The notes: generated by a model from the sequence alone, not told the origin. 64,000 nucleotides of DNA from Octopus vulgaris (GCA_951406725.2 OX597836.1:3410001-3474000), one strand, 5' to 3'. Shown: positions 40,603 to 54,230, counted from the first letter of the stretch. Made by a program: numbers and translations.

Positions 40603-41372
40603 GATGTATATATATGTATATATATGTACGTATGTATGTATATATGTATTACATTTATACATATACATATACATATATATGTATATATATATGTATATTT
40701 GTGTATATATTTGTCTGTATATATGTACATATAGTCATATATAAATGTATACAATATACGTGTGCATGTGTGTGTGTGCATATATATATTCATATATATG
40801 CTTGCAAATAAATATATGCCCACACATGCACATACGTACATGTTTATATTTGTACATGCAAGCACACTCACACAACACACAGACATATATATATATACAT
40901 TCATACATACACACACACGCATACACGTATGTATTTTTATCCACCAGCAGACAAACTGAAAACAAATATGGCAACAATAGCACCAAGCAAACAACTTAAT
41001 AACAAAGACTCTAATAACGGCACTTGTGACTCCATACGTTGCAACAAACAACCAATCAGTATTAAATTCATCCATGTGTGTTATTATAGAAACGGCAACG
41101 AGAGAATTTTAAATCTTTCATGAAAAAGTTTAATGAAATACAGTTTTCGTACTTAATTAACGAAGTTTGTCAGGAAAATTATAAGAATTTATGTGTTGTT
41201 GCGTTATGGAGTATTTCCTATTTGTTAAAGTTTGAAGGAAACAAAGCGAGGTTGGATGATTGTAAGAAGGAATAACGAGGCTGGGTAGGGGGTGGTTGAA
41301 TGTCGGTGACGATGTCGATAATGATGACTATGGTGGAGGGGTGTTCAGGGGGGGGGACAAAATAAATGTTGC

Positions 41373-41545
41373 TGGTGGTGGTGGTGGTGGTGGTGGTGGT
41401 GGTGGCGGGGATAATTAATATCTTGCTGACTGTGAATAATTTGGCAGCGACGACGATGATTATGATGATGGGGATGGCGGTGGAGTGGTGATGACGACGA
41501 CGATGATGATGATGATGATGATGATGATGGATGTGATGATGATAG

Positions 41546-41577
<32 letters not shown>

Positions 41578-41770
41578 ATGGTGATGATGATGATGATGAT
41601 GATGATGATAGTGGTGGTGGTGGTAGTGTTGGTGGTGGTTTGGGGATGGTGGCGATGCTGATGGTGATGATGATGATGATGATGATCGTGATGGTGGTGG
41701 TGGTGATGGTGGTAGTTGTGGTGGTTGTGATGGTGATGGTGGCGATGTTTATGATGGCGATGATGATGCA
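41373..41770. repeat. Compound (GGT/GAT/GTT)n tract
   Basis: Directly visible. Confidence 0.95.
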
Positions 41771-42011
41771 TTTTATATTATGCATAACAACTGCTCTTAC
41801 ACCTAGTCACAAACACACACCACACAAAAACACAATGACACACACACACACAAACACGCACACAAATACACACACAAATACACACACATATATATATTGA
41901 TACACATACGCGTGTGTATATAGTTAAAATGTTACATTTTGAAAACAAAACAATGTTGCATTGGTACGGTAGAACCATTCATTATTATTGCTGTTATTAT
42001 TATTGTACGCA

Positions 42012-42220
42012 TGGTGAGCTGGCCGAATTGTTAGCAAGCCGGACAAAACGCTTAGCGGCATTTCGTCCGACTTTACGTTCCGAATCCAAATTCCGCCGAG
42101 GTCAACTCTGTATGTCATCCTTACAGAGTCGATGAAATAAGTAGCAGTTATGCACTGGGAACGATGTGATCGACTATCACCTTCCCAAAAGTCAGGCCTT
42201 GTGCCTATAGGGGAAAGCAC
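42012..42220 (+). mobile_element. SINE family C followed by (ATT)n
   Basis: GAGCTGGCCGAATTGTTAGCA...CAAATTCCGCCGAGGTCAACT. Confidence 0.87.
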
Positions 42221-42420
42221 TATTATTATTATTATTATAATTATAATTATTATTATAATAATAATAATAATTATTATTATTATTATTATTATTATTATCA
42301 TCATCATTATTATTATTATTATTATTATCATCATCATTGTTATTATTATTATTATTATCATTATTATTATTATTATTATCATTATTGTTATTATTATCAT
42401 TATTATTATCATCATCATCA

Positions 42421-42457
<37 letters not shown>

Positions 42458-42475
42458 TATTATTATTATCATTCA

Positions 42476-42785
42476 GTAGTTTTATTTTTTTAGCGTGCTT
42501 TCACTTCACTACCGAGCGCAGCTCTGTGTGCCTTGGGTATGTGCTGTGATTTGTTGTGATGCTCTGATGGTTATTGTATGGAAAGTGTTCTGCGTAGGAT
42601 GTGTGCAGTGCCTAGTACTGCAATTTTCTGTATGTTATATGTGTTTGTAAGTCCTGGTGTTTTTGTTATGTATTTGTCTGAATATTTTTTTATCATGCCT
42701 AATGCACCTACTGTGATAGGAATTGTTTCTGTTTTCAGATTCCACATTCTGGTTACCTCTATTTCCAGGTCTTTGTATTTTGAGA

Positions 42786-42786
<1 letters not shown>
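42476..42786 (-). mobile_element. 3' end of a Dong-like LINE inside (TAA)n
   Basis: Uninterrupted minus frame LSKYKDLEIEVTRMWNLKTETIPITVGALGMIKK...IQKIAVLGTAHILRRTLSIQ*; ATT repeats on both sides. Confidence 0.92.
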
Positions 42787-42844
<58 letters not shown>

Positions 42845-42857
42845 CATTATTATTATT

Positions 42858-43050
42858 AAGTCAGCGAGTTGGCAAAAATGTTTGGCGACATTTTCGTCTG
42901 CCTTTACGTTCAAATTCCGTCGAGGTCATCTTTGCCTTTCATAGAGTTTGGGATCGATAAAATAACTACCAGTAAATCACTGGGGGTCGATCTAATTAAC
43001 TCACCCTCCACCCGCACCCCACCCGAAATTGCTACCCTTGTGCCAACATT
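42858..43050 (+). mobile_element. SINE family C
   Basis: CAAATTCCGTCGAGGTCATCTTTGCCTTTCAT...GATCGATAAAATAA...CTGGGGGTCGAT. Confidence 0.85.
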
Positions 43051-43109
43051 TTTCGTCATTGTTGTTGCTGTTGTTGTTGTTGTTTACTTCCTGTTATTTG
43101 TCCTGTCGT

Positions 43110-43850
43110 TCTTCATTCTGTTCTTAAATTCTCTTACAATATCTTTGGGGTTTGATGGTATTTTTCGCCACTGAGATTATTCTTTCTTCACTAAGCACAA
43201 CATAGTTTTTCAAATCCAATATCGCAGAACTGATGAGGTTATCAACGTTTAACAAACCTCTGCTTCCTTCCTTTCTTAATAAGTGAAGCCTGTCAATATT
43301 ACATTTCGTGTAATGCGTGCCGTGCATTTCGAGTAGTTCTTCATTTCTCCTGTTTAATTCCAGTAGCTCTGCCTTTGTCCATTCAAGAAGAGAAGTAGAT
43401 TATCTTAAAGCCATGGATTCATTGCCTTAATGCCATTCTTCTCCTTTAGTTTTGATTCGTGGATCTTAATCATACTCTTTCTTGAACTCTTTCGAGATTT
43501 TCTTTCCCATTCCTCTGTCCATTTCTTGGCGCTTTGAACACCCCAAAATACTTTTAATCCTTCCTTATCTCTCAGCGATCCAATATCATCTTGTAATACT
43601 TTTATGCCAATATATTAAATCTTTTGACTATTCTTCATTATTAAAACTGCAAATATATTTACCCAAAAATCTATGTCAATACCCTTGATGAATTCTCTTC
43701 ATTTTTGGATGAGATAATCAATGTCTTTTTCCATTTCTTGTGTATAGATTGCAGCCATCTCTATATCACAGGTGACTTATTTTTATCCTTACTTCCATAA
43801 GCTCATAGGCAACCTGGAGATTCTCTGTATGTTTGTCAAAGGGAATGACT
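43110..43850 (-). mobile_element. Degraded R4/Dong-like RT fragment
   Basis: MHGTHYTKCNIDRLHLLRKEGSRGLLNV (RLY.PR..GGRGL motif) and upstream KISHL*YRDG (decayed HLLYMDD). Confidence 0.72.
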
Positions 43851-44534
43851 GAAAGAGGGAGGCTCCGTGCAGATCCCACCTACCTATTTTCATACAATTT
43901 TTAAGCATGGACAAAATTCCTTGAGGAGTCTAATTACAGTTTGTTTTGTTCTTTTTACGTCTTGAATACAAAACTCACCGAGGTCGATGTTCATGTCGCC
44001 TTTCAAGGATCGATAAAATCAAATAACAGGTTGAGTTACACAAACGCAATGGGTCCATTAATGGAATTAACGTAATATTTTTAAACAAATTAAAGCAACA
44101 AAACAAGTGTAATATTTCACTTGAATATATTATATCTATATAACTTACATACAACCGGTTTCATCCAGTCAGGTGTGCATTTATCAAATCAAGATTCTTA
44201 CATACAGTTGAGAATTTTGTCGTGGGATACAGAACTAGGGATAGAGAACTAGGGATAGAGAATTAGGGTACCAGTTCTAAGACAAAGAACTAAACGACAT
44301 GGTTTTTAAGCAATGAAGTAGAGAGTGTTGAGTTTGGTTTTAAGGTGACAACTTGGGATTTCTAAGCAAATGTCTGCCCAGGAGACACTAATTGGCAGAT
44401 ACATTGAGCGAATCAGATCGATAGAGACAAAGGTAAATTACTCTTCTATATCTGCTAAGGCGTGGTTCAGTTGAATTTTGTTCAAGGTAGATTATAAATA
44501 TCTAAGTGCCTATTTTGATGTTCTGCGAATATTG

Positions 44535-44698
44535 GGTGATTTCTACCAACGTGGTATTGAAATATTGTTGAACGTTGGAAAGAAGTTTTAAAAAACAAGG
44601 GTAAATACATTATTGATTAATTAGCTGTTATTTTTTATTAAACCTTTTAAAAATTAAAATTTTAAAAAACGGCGGTAACTTATCTGCCAACCCAATAT
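44535..44698 (+). mobile_element. mariner 3' end (transposase C-terminus plus TIR)
   Basis: DFYQRGIEI...ERWKEVLKNKGKYIID*, then AAAACGGCGGTAACTTATCTGCCAACCCAATA. Confidence 0.85.
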
Positions 44699-44778
44699 TA
44701 TGTATATATGAAAGATGCGGGATGCGTGTATATATATATATATAGATAGATAGATAGATAGATACATACATACATACA

Positions 44779-44814
<36 letters not shown>

Positions 44815-44819
44815 TATAA

Positions 44820-44872
<53 letters not shown>

Positions 44873-45234
44873 TATTTGTGTGTGTGTACAAGAGTATTTG
44901 TCACAGCAATATCAGAGGGTACTAACCTGTTAGCCTAAAGTATTTTTCGTAGATACAAAACAATATAACAGGTAATTAAGAAAACTATCAATCATTTAGC
45001 GAAACCAGTTCGCCGAGTGAAATAAATGGCGTTTGCCGTGAGAAAGGAGAGAAATGTGATGTTTCCATGCAGAAGTTTCCTTCACATATTTACAGCTGCC
45101 ATATTTACTGCCTCTGCTCAACAACCAAGTTGTTGGTTGTTATAATAATTCTTTATTAATTTTTACTGTTAATTGATCTTCATGCACTACTTCTTAAGAG
45201 TGCAACATTTAGAGTAAATATTTACTCTTTCCTT

Positions 45235-46042
45235 TCCATCTTTCTCTCTCTTTCTCGCTCTCTGTCTTTCTTTCTTTTTCTAGCTCTTTCTATCTTTCTT
45301 CGATCTCTTTCTTTCTTTCTGTCTCTCTTTCTCTTTCTCATTTCTCTTTCTTTCTTTCTATCTCTCTCTCTTTCTTTTTCTCATTTCTCTTTCTTTTTAT
45401 CTATCTCTTTCTCTTTCTCATTTCTCTTTCTTTCTTTCTATCTCTCTCTCTTTCTTTTTCTCATTTCTCTTTCTTTTTATCTATCTCTTTCTCTTTCTTT
45501 CTTTCTATCTCTCTCTCTTTCTTTTTCTCATTTCTCTTTCTTTTTATCTATCTCTTTCTCTTTCTCATTTCTCTTTCTTTCTTTCTATCTCTCTCTCTAT
45601 CTTTTTCTCATTTCTCTTTCTTTTTATCTATCTCTTTCTCTTTCTCATTTCTCTTTCTTTCTTTCTCTCTCTCTCTTTCTTTTTCTCATTTCTCTTTCTT
45701 TTTATCTATCTCTTTCTCTTTCTCATTTCTCTTTCTTTCTTTCTATCTCTCTTTCTTTCTATCTCTCTCTCTTACTCTTTCTCATTTCTCTTTCTTTCTT
45801 TCTATATCTCTCTTATTTCTCAATTCTTTTTCTTTCTATCTCTCTTTTTCTTTCTTTCTTTCTTTTTTCGGGCTCTCTCTTTCTTTCTTTCTTTCTTTAT
45901 TTATTTATTTATTTCTCTCTCTCTCTCTTTCTCTTTCTCATTTCTTTCTATTTCTATTTCTCTCTTTCTCTTTCTTATTTCTCTTTCTTTCATTCTTTCT
46001 TTCTATCTCTCTCTTTCTCTTTCTTATTCCCCTTTCTTTCTC
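45235..46042. repeat. About 800-bp polypyrimidine complex minisatellite
   Basis: Recurrent TCTCATTTCTCTTTCTTT units, alternating in a higher-order period of about 80 bp. Confidence 0.93.
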
Positions 46043-46051
46043 TAGTTATCT

Positions 46052-46348
46052 TGTGGCTCAATGCTTAGAGCAGTCGGCTCACGATCCCAATGTCGTGAGT
46101 TCGATTCTTGACGGCGTGTTGTGTCCTTTCAGTAAGACATTTTATTTCTCGTGGCCGCAGTTCATTTCAACTGGCAACAAAGAGTTGTAATCGTAAGAAA
46201 ACAAACGGTCAGAATCGTCACATTCTGCGTCACACCGAATCTCCCTGACAACTACATTAAGGGTATGCATGTCTGTGGAGTACTCAGCCACATGCACATT
46301 AATTTCACGAGCAGGTTGTTCCACTGATCAATCAACTTGAACATTCGT
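46052..46348 (+). mobile_element. tRNA-headed SINE with a distinct head and core but the family B tail
   Basis: TGGCTCAATG...GAGTTCGATTC, then GTTGTGTCCTT...TAAGACATTTTATTTC; tail GTCTGTGGAGTACTCAGCCAC...TTAATTTCACGAGCAGG matches 26845-26890. Confidence 0.82.
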
Positions 46349-46531
46349 TTTCTCCCCCCCCCCCCTTCTCTCTCTCTCTCACTCACTTTTTCCCTCTGCC
46401 TGACGAAGACGCATTCTTGCTCACAAAATGCTGTCAGACTTCTCGCTTCTTTCATAAGTTAAAATAATTCATTCCATATTTTTAACTTCATATTTTAATA
46501 CTTACAAGCGTATAAGTTCGCCCTAATTACA

Positions 46532-46639
46532 TCGAGCCACTGCTCAACCGGTACTTATTTCTTTAACCCCGATACGATGAAACGTAAAGTCGACCTCGAC
46601 GGAGTTTGGACTCAGAACATAAAGACAGACGGAATGCCG

Positions 46640-46640
<1 letters not shown>
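46532..46640 (-). mobile_element. SINE family C fragment
   Basis: AAAGTCGACCTCGACGGAGTTTGGACTCAGAAC. Confidence 0.8.
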
Positions 46641-46699
<59 letters not shown>

Positions 46700-47601
46700 A
46701 TGTATGTGTGTGTGTGTGTGTGTCTGTGTGTGTGTGTGTGTGCGGGTGTGTGTGTGTGTGTGCGTGTGTATTAATAATATGACAACAAAAGAATGAATAA
46801 GACCTCAATATTATGTAAAATGGAGGAATTTATTTATAAATACAATCAGTGACAATTAGTTGGTTGTCATAATAAAACTCAGAGTTTCAGATACCGAGAT
46901 GGAAGACTGCTCCGGCATCTCATCAGTTATTAAGACAAAACGCTATGAAAAAGTTGACAAGTCTGTACCTGGACGCATGCGCAGAAAGAGAGAAATGGTC
47001 GACCTCGGTACTGGACTAATACTGGACTTATTGACCCAAAGAGGATCAAATGTAAGATTAAATATTTGATAGTATATAAATTCTTACTACAGATTGCCAG
47101 AATAAAGAACACAAGAACTTCTGATTCTCAGACGATTCCGACGTTACTCCGTTTTATTCTGATTAATTCTATGATATACAACGACTGCAGCATCAACATT
47201 CGCAACTAAAAGAGTTCTTCATAAACACAGCAAAAACTTATCGCAAAAAAACTATTTTCGATATTGAAACGTGAACAACAACAAAAACAACGACAGTTAT
47301 TTGCCAATAATAACAACAACTGCAACAACACGACCAACAAGAGCAACAACAGCGAAACAGCTATTAGCAATATTAAAAAAACAACAACAAATGTAGAAAT
47401 CACTAATAGCAATACGAGACAAACACAGCGTGATAAGGTTTCTCAGAATTTTATAAACAATTCTTGAATTTCTATAGAATACTCGTGTGTAACCAAATTG
47501 TTTGAAATTTCTGGCAGAGACTGCCGGATGTACAGAACTAGAATATGCGTGTGTGTACACCCATATACATACATATATATATATACACATACATACATGC
47601 A

Positions 47602-47682
<81 letters not shown>

Positions 47683-47768
47683 ATATATATGTAAATATAT
47701 ATGTATATATATATGCATATACATACATATATATATATGTATATATATATATATAAATATATATACAT

Positions 47769-47858
<90 letters not shown>

Positions 47859-48306
47859 GCAAATATATGCGTATATACATATATAAAAAGTGCTTAGAAA
47901 GAATTTTTGATACAATCACAATATTTGAAAAGAAGTTATTTTGAATTCGCCATTTACAGTGAACATCTAGACATTTGCGCAAATGAAAATTTCAAAATAT
48001 TCACCCTTCATTTATTTTTTTTTTTTTTCAGGAGGTAAAAGTTATGAACTACAAAAGCAAAAACAAGAATACTTTATAAGAGTTTTAAATCTGATACTGA
48101 ATCGGAAATAATCAACATTGCTATCAAAAACAGTTTTCTCTATACAGATTACCACATAACACGTGTGTTTGAAAAGCTGTAAACAACAAAAGCGCTTTCA
48201 ATATACGAAAACTTCTTTCTATAAGATTTGAGTCATTCCGCTTTTTAAAATTTTTTAATTAATTACATTTTCTATTTTATAAGCTATTTTCATATAGATA
48301 GATACT

Positions 48307-48448
<142 letters not shown>

Positions 48449-48542
48449 CAAAAACATACTTGTTCTATGCATATACACATACATATATAATATATATACA
48501 TATATATTACACACAAATATATATCTATTCCATTTATCGCGT

Positions 48543-48712
48543 ACTTATTTCATGCATTGAACTGCGGCCAGGCTGGAGCACAGCCTTGAAGGGTTTTAAC
48601 TGATCACATCGACCCCACTGCTTCTGTTTTTCGTTGATACCTATTCTGTCATTAGGCAAAAGAATGTAATCAAGTGTTGAGTTGACAGAGACTGGCGCAA
48701 AGACATATATAT
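48543..48712 (-). mobile_element. SINE family A 3' half, degraded
   Basis: CTGCGGCCAGGCTGGAGCACAGCC...ATCGACCCCA. Confidence 0.65.
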
Positions 48713-49310
48713 ACATACAACTGGTGTCATTGTGCGTTTCAGACCTTTGATCATCAGACACTTTTACGAAGGCTACCCAACAGGGTTCGATCTGGCTTTA
48801 ATTTGCTTCCAAATATCAGCCACTGTATTTAAAAGCTACCATTTGCATTTCTCTGCTGCGGCTTTTTACACCTCATCAGATCCAATCAAACTGATAGAAG
48901 AACTTGTCGCAACGGAGAACCATCTACGAATATTTTAACCATATAATTCAAAAACGCGACGTACGCTTTCCCATCTGCTCATAATCCCTGCTATATACTC
49001 CTTCATTTCAACGGCCTCATTCAGTTTTCCTCTCCGCTTTCCATTAAACGCTTTGGAGAAAAGGTTGTTTGTCGCCTTGCTTTGAGTCATAACAACCTAC
49101 ATCATTGGTAAGAAAATGAATCCACTCTATCAGTTTCCGGGGCTTCCACTAGTATAGGTCACTTAAAGCATATCGCCGGCTGTTTCAAACCATCTTTGTC
49201 TACGATTTTCTCTCTGGTCATACATCGTCGTAATCTGATGGCGTCTTCAGGTCCATGAGTCTCAACATGATACGGTTTCGCAAATTTTCGGCTCAAAATA
49301 TTCTTGAAAT

Positions 49311-49598
49311 TACGGAGATGCATTTGCATAGCAAGTGCATTGATCTGAGATCGTGTGCTGAAACGAAAACAATTGCAGCGTGGAAGGTGTTTGTAAGCTA
49401 TTTAAGAAACACACACAAAAGCCGTTCGATTCACTTCAACATTTAAGTTTAATTTGTCAAAATATTTTTGTCAATGAACAGGTTGTGGTCTCAAAGTGAC
49501 GAAAATATTTTGACAGTTTAAACTTAAATGTTGAAGTGAATCGAACGGCTTTTGTGTGTTTCTTAAATGGCTTATAAACACCTTCCACGCTGCAATTG
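49311..49598. mobile_element. Insertion containing a palindrome with about 100-bp arms, flanked by a 12-bp TSD
   Basis: Arms about 49369-49467 and 49502-49599; TATTCTTGAAAT at 49299-49310 and 49599-49610. Confidence 0.8.
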
Positions 49599-50042
49599 TA
49601 TTCTTGAAATGTTATATGTTAAAATATACTTAAGTTCGCTCTGTTACACACATGCACATACACGCACACACACTAAGACACACTCACACACACACACACA
49701 CTCACACAAACACATACATATAGACACATACAAACACGTACAAACACAAACACAATCAGGGGACTCCGGCTTAATCGTAGGGTAAATTACATGAGTGTAA
49801 GCAATAGTATACCGGCGAAAGTATGTAGGTCTGTGTATTTACATGTGTGTGTGTGTATGTGTGTGTATGTGTGTGTATGTGCATACTTATGCTTGCGATC
49901 ATGCATAAACAGTTTATGAATCTATGGCTAAATACACATATGTGTGTATATGCATATTTATGTGTGTGTATATATATTATATATATATATACATACATAT
50001 ATATATTCTCTTTATATATATTCTCTTTATATATATATATCC

Positions 50043-50086
<44 letters not shown>

Positions 50087-50487
50087 TGGGGAGTTACTTT
50101 AAGATTACATGTCTCTCTCTCTCTTTATACATACATGTTTGTGCGCATGTGTGTGTGAGTGTGTATGTGTTTGTGTGTGTATGTGTGTGTCCTGTCAGAA
50201 TATATATCTATAAGTGTGAACTATGTCTACTTTTAATAAATCCATACAATTGTTTACGTATACAAACAGACATTCGCCAAAAAGAATGTGTGTTTGGTGT
50301 TTTTTTTCACAAAACTCTGCATATAATTATGGTAATGTAATATTGAGGGGGAGTTATTTTTCTTATATTTTCCCATTTCAATTCTGTTAATGTATATAAA
50401 CATCATTATGGTTTGCGCATAAAATTTTTATACAACATATGTGCGTGTGCTTACACGTACATACGCCACACATATATACGTATGCAT

Positions 50488-50535
<48 letters not shown>

Positions 50536-50578
50536 GTGTGTGCATATATATATACGTATATGTGCATTTACATATATC

Positions 50579-50609
<31 letters not shown>

Positions 50610-50972
50610 ATGTGTGTGAATATATATATACATTTATATATATCCATATAAGTGCATTTATATCTCTATATCTTTATCTATGAACAAAAATAGAGAGAGG
50701 GGGAGAGGGGCAGAAAGACAGACAGATAGACGGACAGCCAGAGACTGTGAGAAACAGATTTATTTGTATATATATATATGATGCATGTGTAGCATCATTA
50801 CATCGAGTTGCTATTCAATTATAGATACAGACATAGACTTATATGTGTGTGTATGTGCGCACAAGCACGGGCCCGTATATGTATGTATATATATATATAT
50901 ATATATATACGAAGACAGGTGTAGGAATAACAAGCAAGTGTATTAGTTTGACGCTCGGGAAAAATGGAAAAG

Positions 50973-51010
50973 CTTTTTACGTTTCGAGCCTACGCTCTTC
51001 AGCAGAAAGG
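50973..51010 (-). ncRNA. Candidate minimal type I hammerhead ribozyme motif (Penelope-like element type)
   Basis: Minus strand CCTTT-CTGCTGA-A-GAGC-GTAG-GCTC-GAAA-CGT-A-AAAAG: core-like box, 4-bp stem II, GAAA, palindromic ACGT stem III, short stem I. Confidence 0.5.
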
Positions 51011-51073
51011 AATAAGAGGAAATAAACGGAGAGAGAATGAAATAAAATGAAAGAAAAATCACGTGAGAGAGAG

Positions 51074-51146
51074 AAACACACCAGCATCGGTTGGCAAGCG
51101 ATGTTGGAGGGACAAACACAAACACACAAACATATACATACATACA

Positions 51147-51189
<43 letters not shown>

Positions 51190-51341
51190 GACGGGCTTCT
51201 TTCTGTTTCTGTCTACCAAATCCACTCACAAGGCTTTAGTCGGCCCGAGGCTATAGTAGAAGACACCTGCCCAATGTGCCCGCAGTGGGACTGAACCCGG
51301 AACCATGTGGTTGGTAAGCAAGCTACTTACCACACAGCCAC
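51074..51341 (-). mobile_element. SINE family A, 3'-truncated
   Basis: Homologous to 38877-39170. Confidence 0.9.
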
Positions 51342-51661
51342 ACATGTGCCTATGTATACATATATACACTCATTGCTACATTCATACGTAGTGGAATTTG
51401 CGATAAATACCCGTAGATGTATTTAGTTGCCACAGACGCTTCACCATTGGAAATCATCATTGGATGTTCCATACGCATTTGGATGCACAATTGCAATGGA
51501 TCATCAAAGGAATATTTTTTTTTTTTTTTGCATTCTGTTACAGAGACTGAATATGTTAATATTGTTCTGTTTCCTGAAACATTGAAACTTTGAATACTGG
51601 TGGTGGTGGTGGTGGTGGTGGTGGTGGTGGTGGTGGTGGTGGTGGTGTCGTTCTAGCTTAC

Positions 51662-51781
51662 CTTGCAAACCCCTGAAACCGTCTCTGGACATTCTAACAA
51701 GCAGTCTCCGAAGACGCGACTGTAACCAGTGAAGTTGAGAACAGCCAAGTAACGACGGCCAAACCTGTCGTACGCTTTACA
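51662..51781 (-). CDS. Candidate host exon (120 nt, phase 0 to 0), unknown product
   Basis: GC-rich non-repetitive island, strong donor AAG|GTAAGC, weak acceptor ATGTCAG, open frame CKAYDRFGRRYLAVLNFTGYSRVFGDCLLECPETVSGVCK. Confidence 0.28.
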
Positions 51782-52204
51782 CTGACATCAATTTATCAGA
51801 CTCTTAACAAAGCAAGTCTAGTGCTGTCTTATCCTCTGTGATTTATCGCATGAGGTGAAGGTTACAATGCTTTTTTCTATTGTTATTGTCATTTGTTTTC
51901 GTTATTCGTTTTCCTTTCAAATTCATTATTAAGATTATTGTTATTGTTAATATAATTAAGTATTATTATAATCGTTACTGTTATTGCTAATATGGTTAAC
52001 GTTGCTCTCGTTGTTTCTAGAGAGGTGGTGGTAGTGATTTGCTCAGATCATTAATGTTATTATTATTATTATTGTTTATTAACACTTGTTATTGTTACTG
52101 ATGATGATGCAGTTGTTATTGTTAATGTCTTTGTTGTTGTAATCATTATTAGATTTATATTAATGATTGATTACGTTATTATTTTAATATTTTTTATCAA
52201 TCAA

Positions 52205-52606
52205 CGAACTGGCAGAATCGTTAACTCGCCGGACAAAATACTCAGCAGCGTTTCATCCGTGTTTACTTTCTGAGATCAAATTCCGCCGAGATCGACTTTC
52301 ACTTTCATTCTTTCGGGGTTGATAAAAGAAAAAGCACCAGGTGTGTTCTGGGGGTCAATGTAATCGACTTACACTCCCCCTTGAAATTACTGGTCTCGTG
52401 CCAAAATTTGAAACCGTTACTTAAGGCAGCGAGCTGGAAGACTAGTCAGCGGCATTTCGTCTCTACGTCCTGAATTCAAATTCTTCCGAGGTCCACTTTA
52501 GCTTTGATATTAAGTATCATTTGAGTACTGGGGTCGCTGTAATTGACTAGTCCCCCCCACCGCACAAACAAATTTCAAGACTTATACCTATAGTTGAAAG
52601 GATTAT
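52205..52606 (+). mobile_element. Two tandem SINE family C copies
   Basis: Heads at about 52205 and 52423; both have CAAATT...CCGAG...CTGGGG(G)TC. Confidence 0.87.
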
Positions 52607-53018
52607 TTTGAAAAGGAAATTGAGGTTGGGAAAGGAAGTGGTCACTTGTAGATAATTTATCAAGCAATGGGTGACTGGTGAAAATGGCTAGAATGAATAC
52701 ACCTACCCTACGCATGCGCCTGTGGATCGGGAAACAATAACTAGGCGAGGGCCAACCCCTCTGTTGATCAGGGTCAGTTTGGATCTGTTGGGGTTCGCTG
52801 AATGGCCCTTGTTAAAGGCCCACCTGCATCACAAGGATTGTATCAAGTATGTTATCATATTTTTCTCCGGTATTTTGCACAATTTTCCTTTTATTTCTCC
52901 TTGCTATCTTCTTCCTGTTCCTATTTTATATAATCCCCACCCCCGCCGCCCATAAACAAATTGTAACCTGTCTTTAACAAGTTCACTTCCTCCTACATCC
53001 TACGACAAATAAAACATT

Positions 53019-53078
53019 CTCATCATCACCATCATCACCATCACCACCGTCATCATCATCATCATCATTATCACCATC

Positions 53079-53124
<46 letters not shown>

Positions 53125-53487
53125 CCATAATCATCACCATTTTTCCCTTTATAATTTCATGGAAAAGAAAAATATCTTCATCATCGTCGTCGTCGTCATC
53201 ATCATTATCATCATTGTTATCATTATTATTATGATTATTATTATTATTATTATTATCATCATTATTAGTATTATTATCATTATTATTGTTGTTGTTGTTG
53301 TTGTTGTTGTTTCTGTTGCTGTTCCTATTGCTGCTCTTATAAATCTTATTATTATTGTATTTATTGTCATCTTCATTACTTTTATTATCATTCATCATCA
53401 TCATAATCATCATAATCATCATTGCTATTATCTTATCATTGTTATTACTATTATTACTATTATTATTAGTAGTAGTAGTATTTATTA

Positions 53488-53560
<73 letters not shown>

Positions 53561-53592
53561 TTACTATTATTTTTGTTATTATTATTATTATT

Positions 53593-53643
<51 letters not shown>

Positions 53644-53920
53644 GTCATACAGTTTTATAACACAAATAACTCTCAACCAGTTATTAATGTTGAAATATGT
53701 TGTTGTTTTTGTTATTATTATTATTGTTTTAGTTGGGATTTTTTCTTAATTTTGAATAGTTTTCAGCACTTTTTTCGTGTATTCTTTCATATCATCAATA
53801 TTTAGTGAAAGATATCGATTTCCAATATCTATTTCTGGAATAAGACTGGTGAAAAATCGATATTTTCAATATCGTTTTCGTAGCATTTACAAAAATAATA
53901 ATAATAATAATAATAATAAT

Positions 53921-53992
<72 letters not shown>

Positions 53993-54230
53993 GAGGAGGA
54001 GGAGGAGGAGGAGATGTGAGGAGGAGAGAAAGAAGAAGAAGACAAAGAAGAAGAAGGAGGAGGAGGAGGGGAGGAAGAAGAACACAACAACAACAACAAC
54101 AAGACCACGACTAAGAACAATAGCCCCAACAAAAACAACGATGAAAATAAGGACAGTAACACTACTAATAATATTACTACTACTAATAATAATAATAACA
54201 ACTATAACAACAGCAATAATAATAATAATA

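Noticed and set aside
46881-46997. Possible plus-strand exon (DTEMEDCSGISS...RKREM)
   Set aside because: Poor donor site, no recognisable homology, and it runs into degraded SINE C-like sequence.
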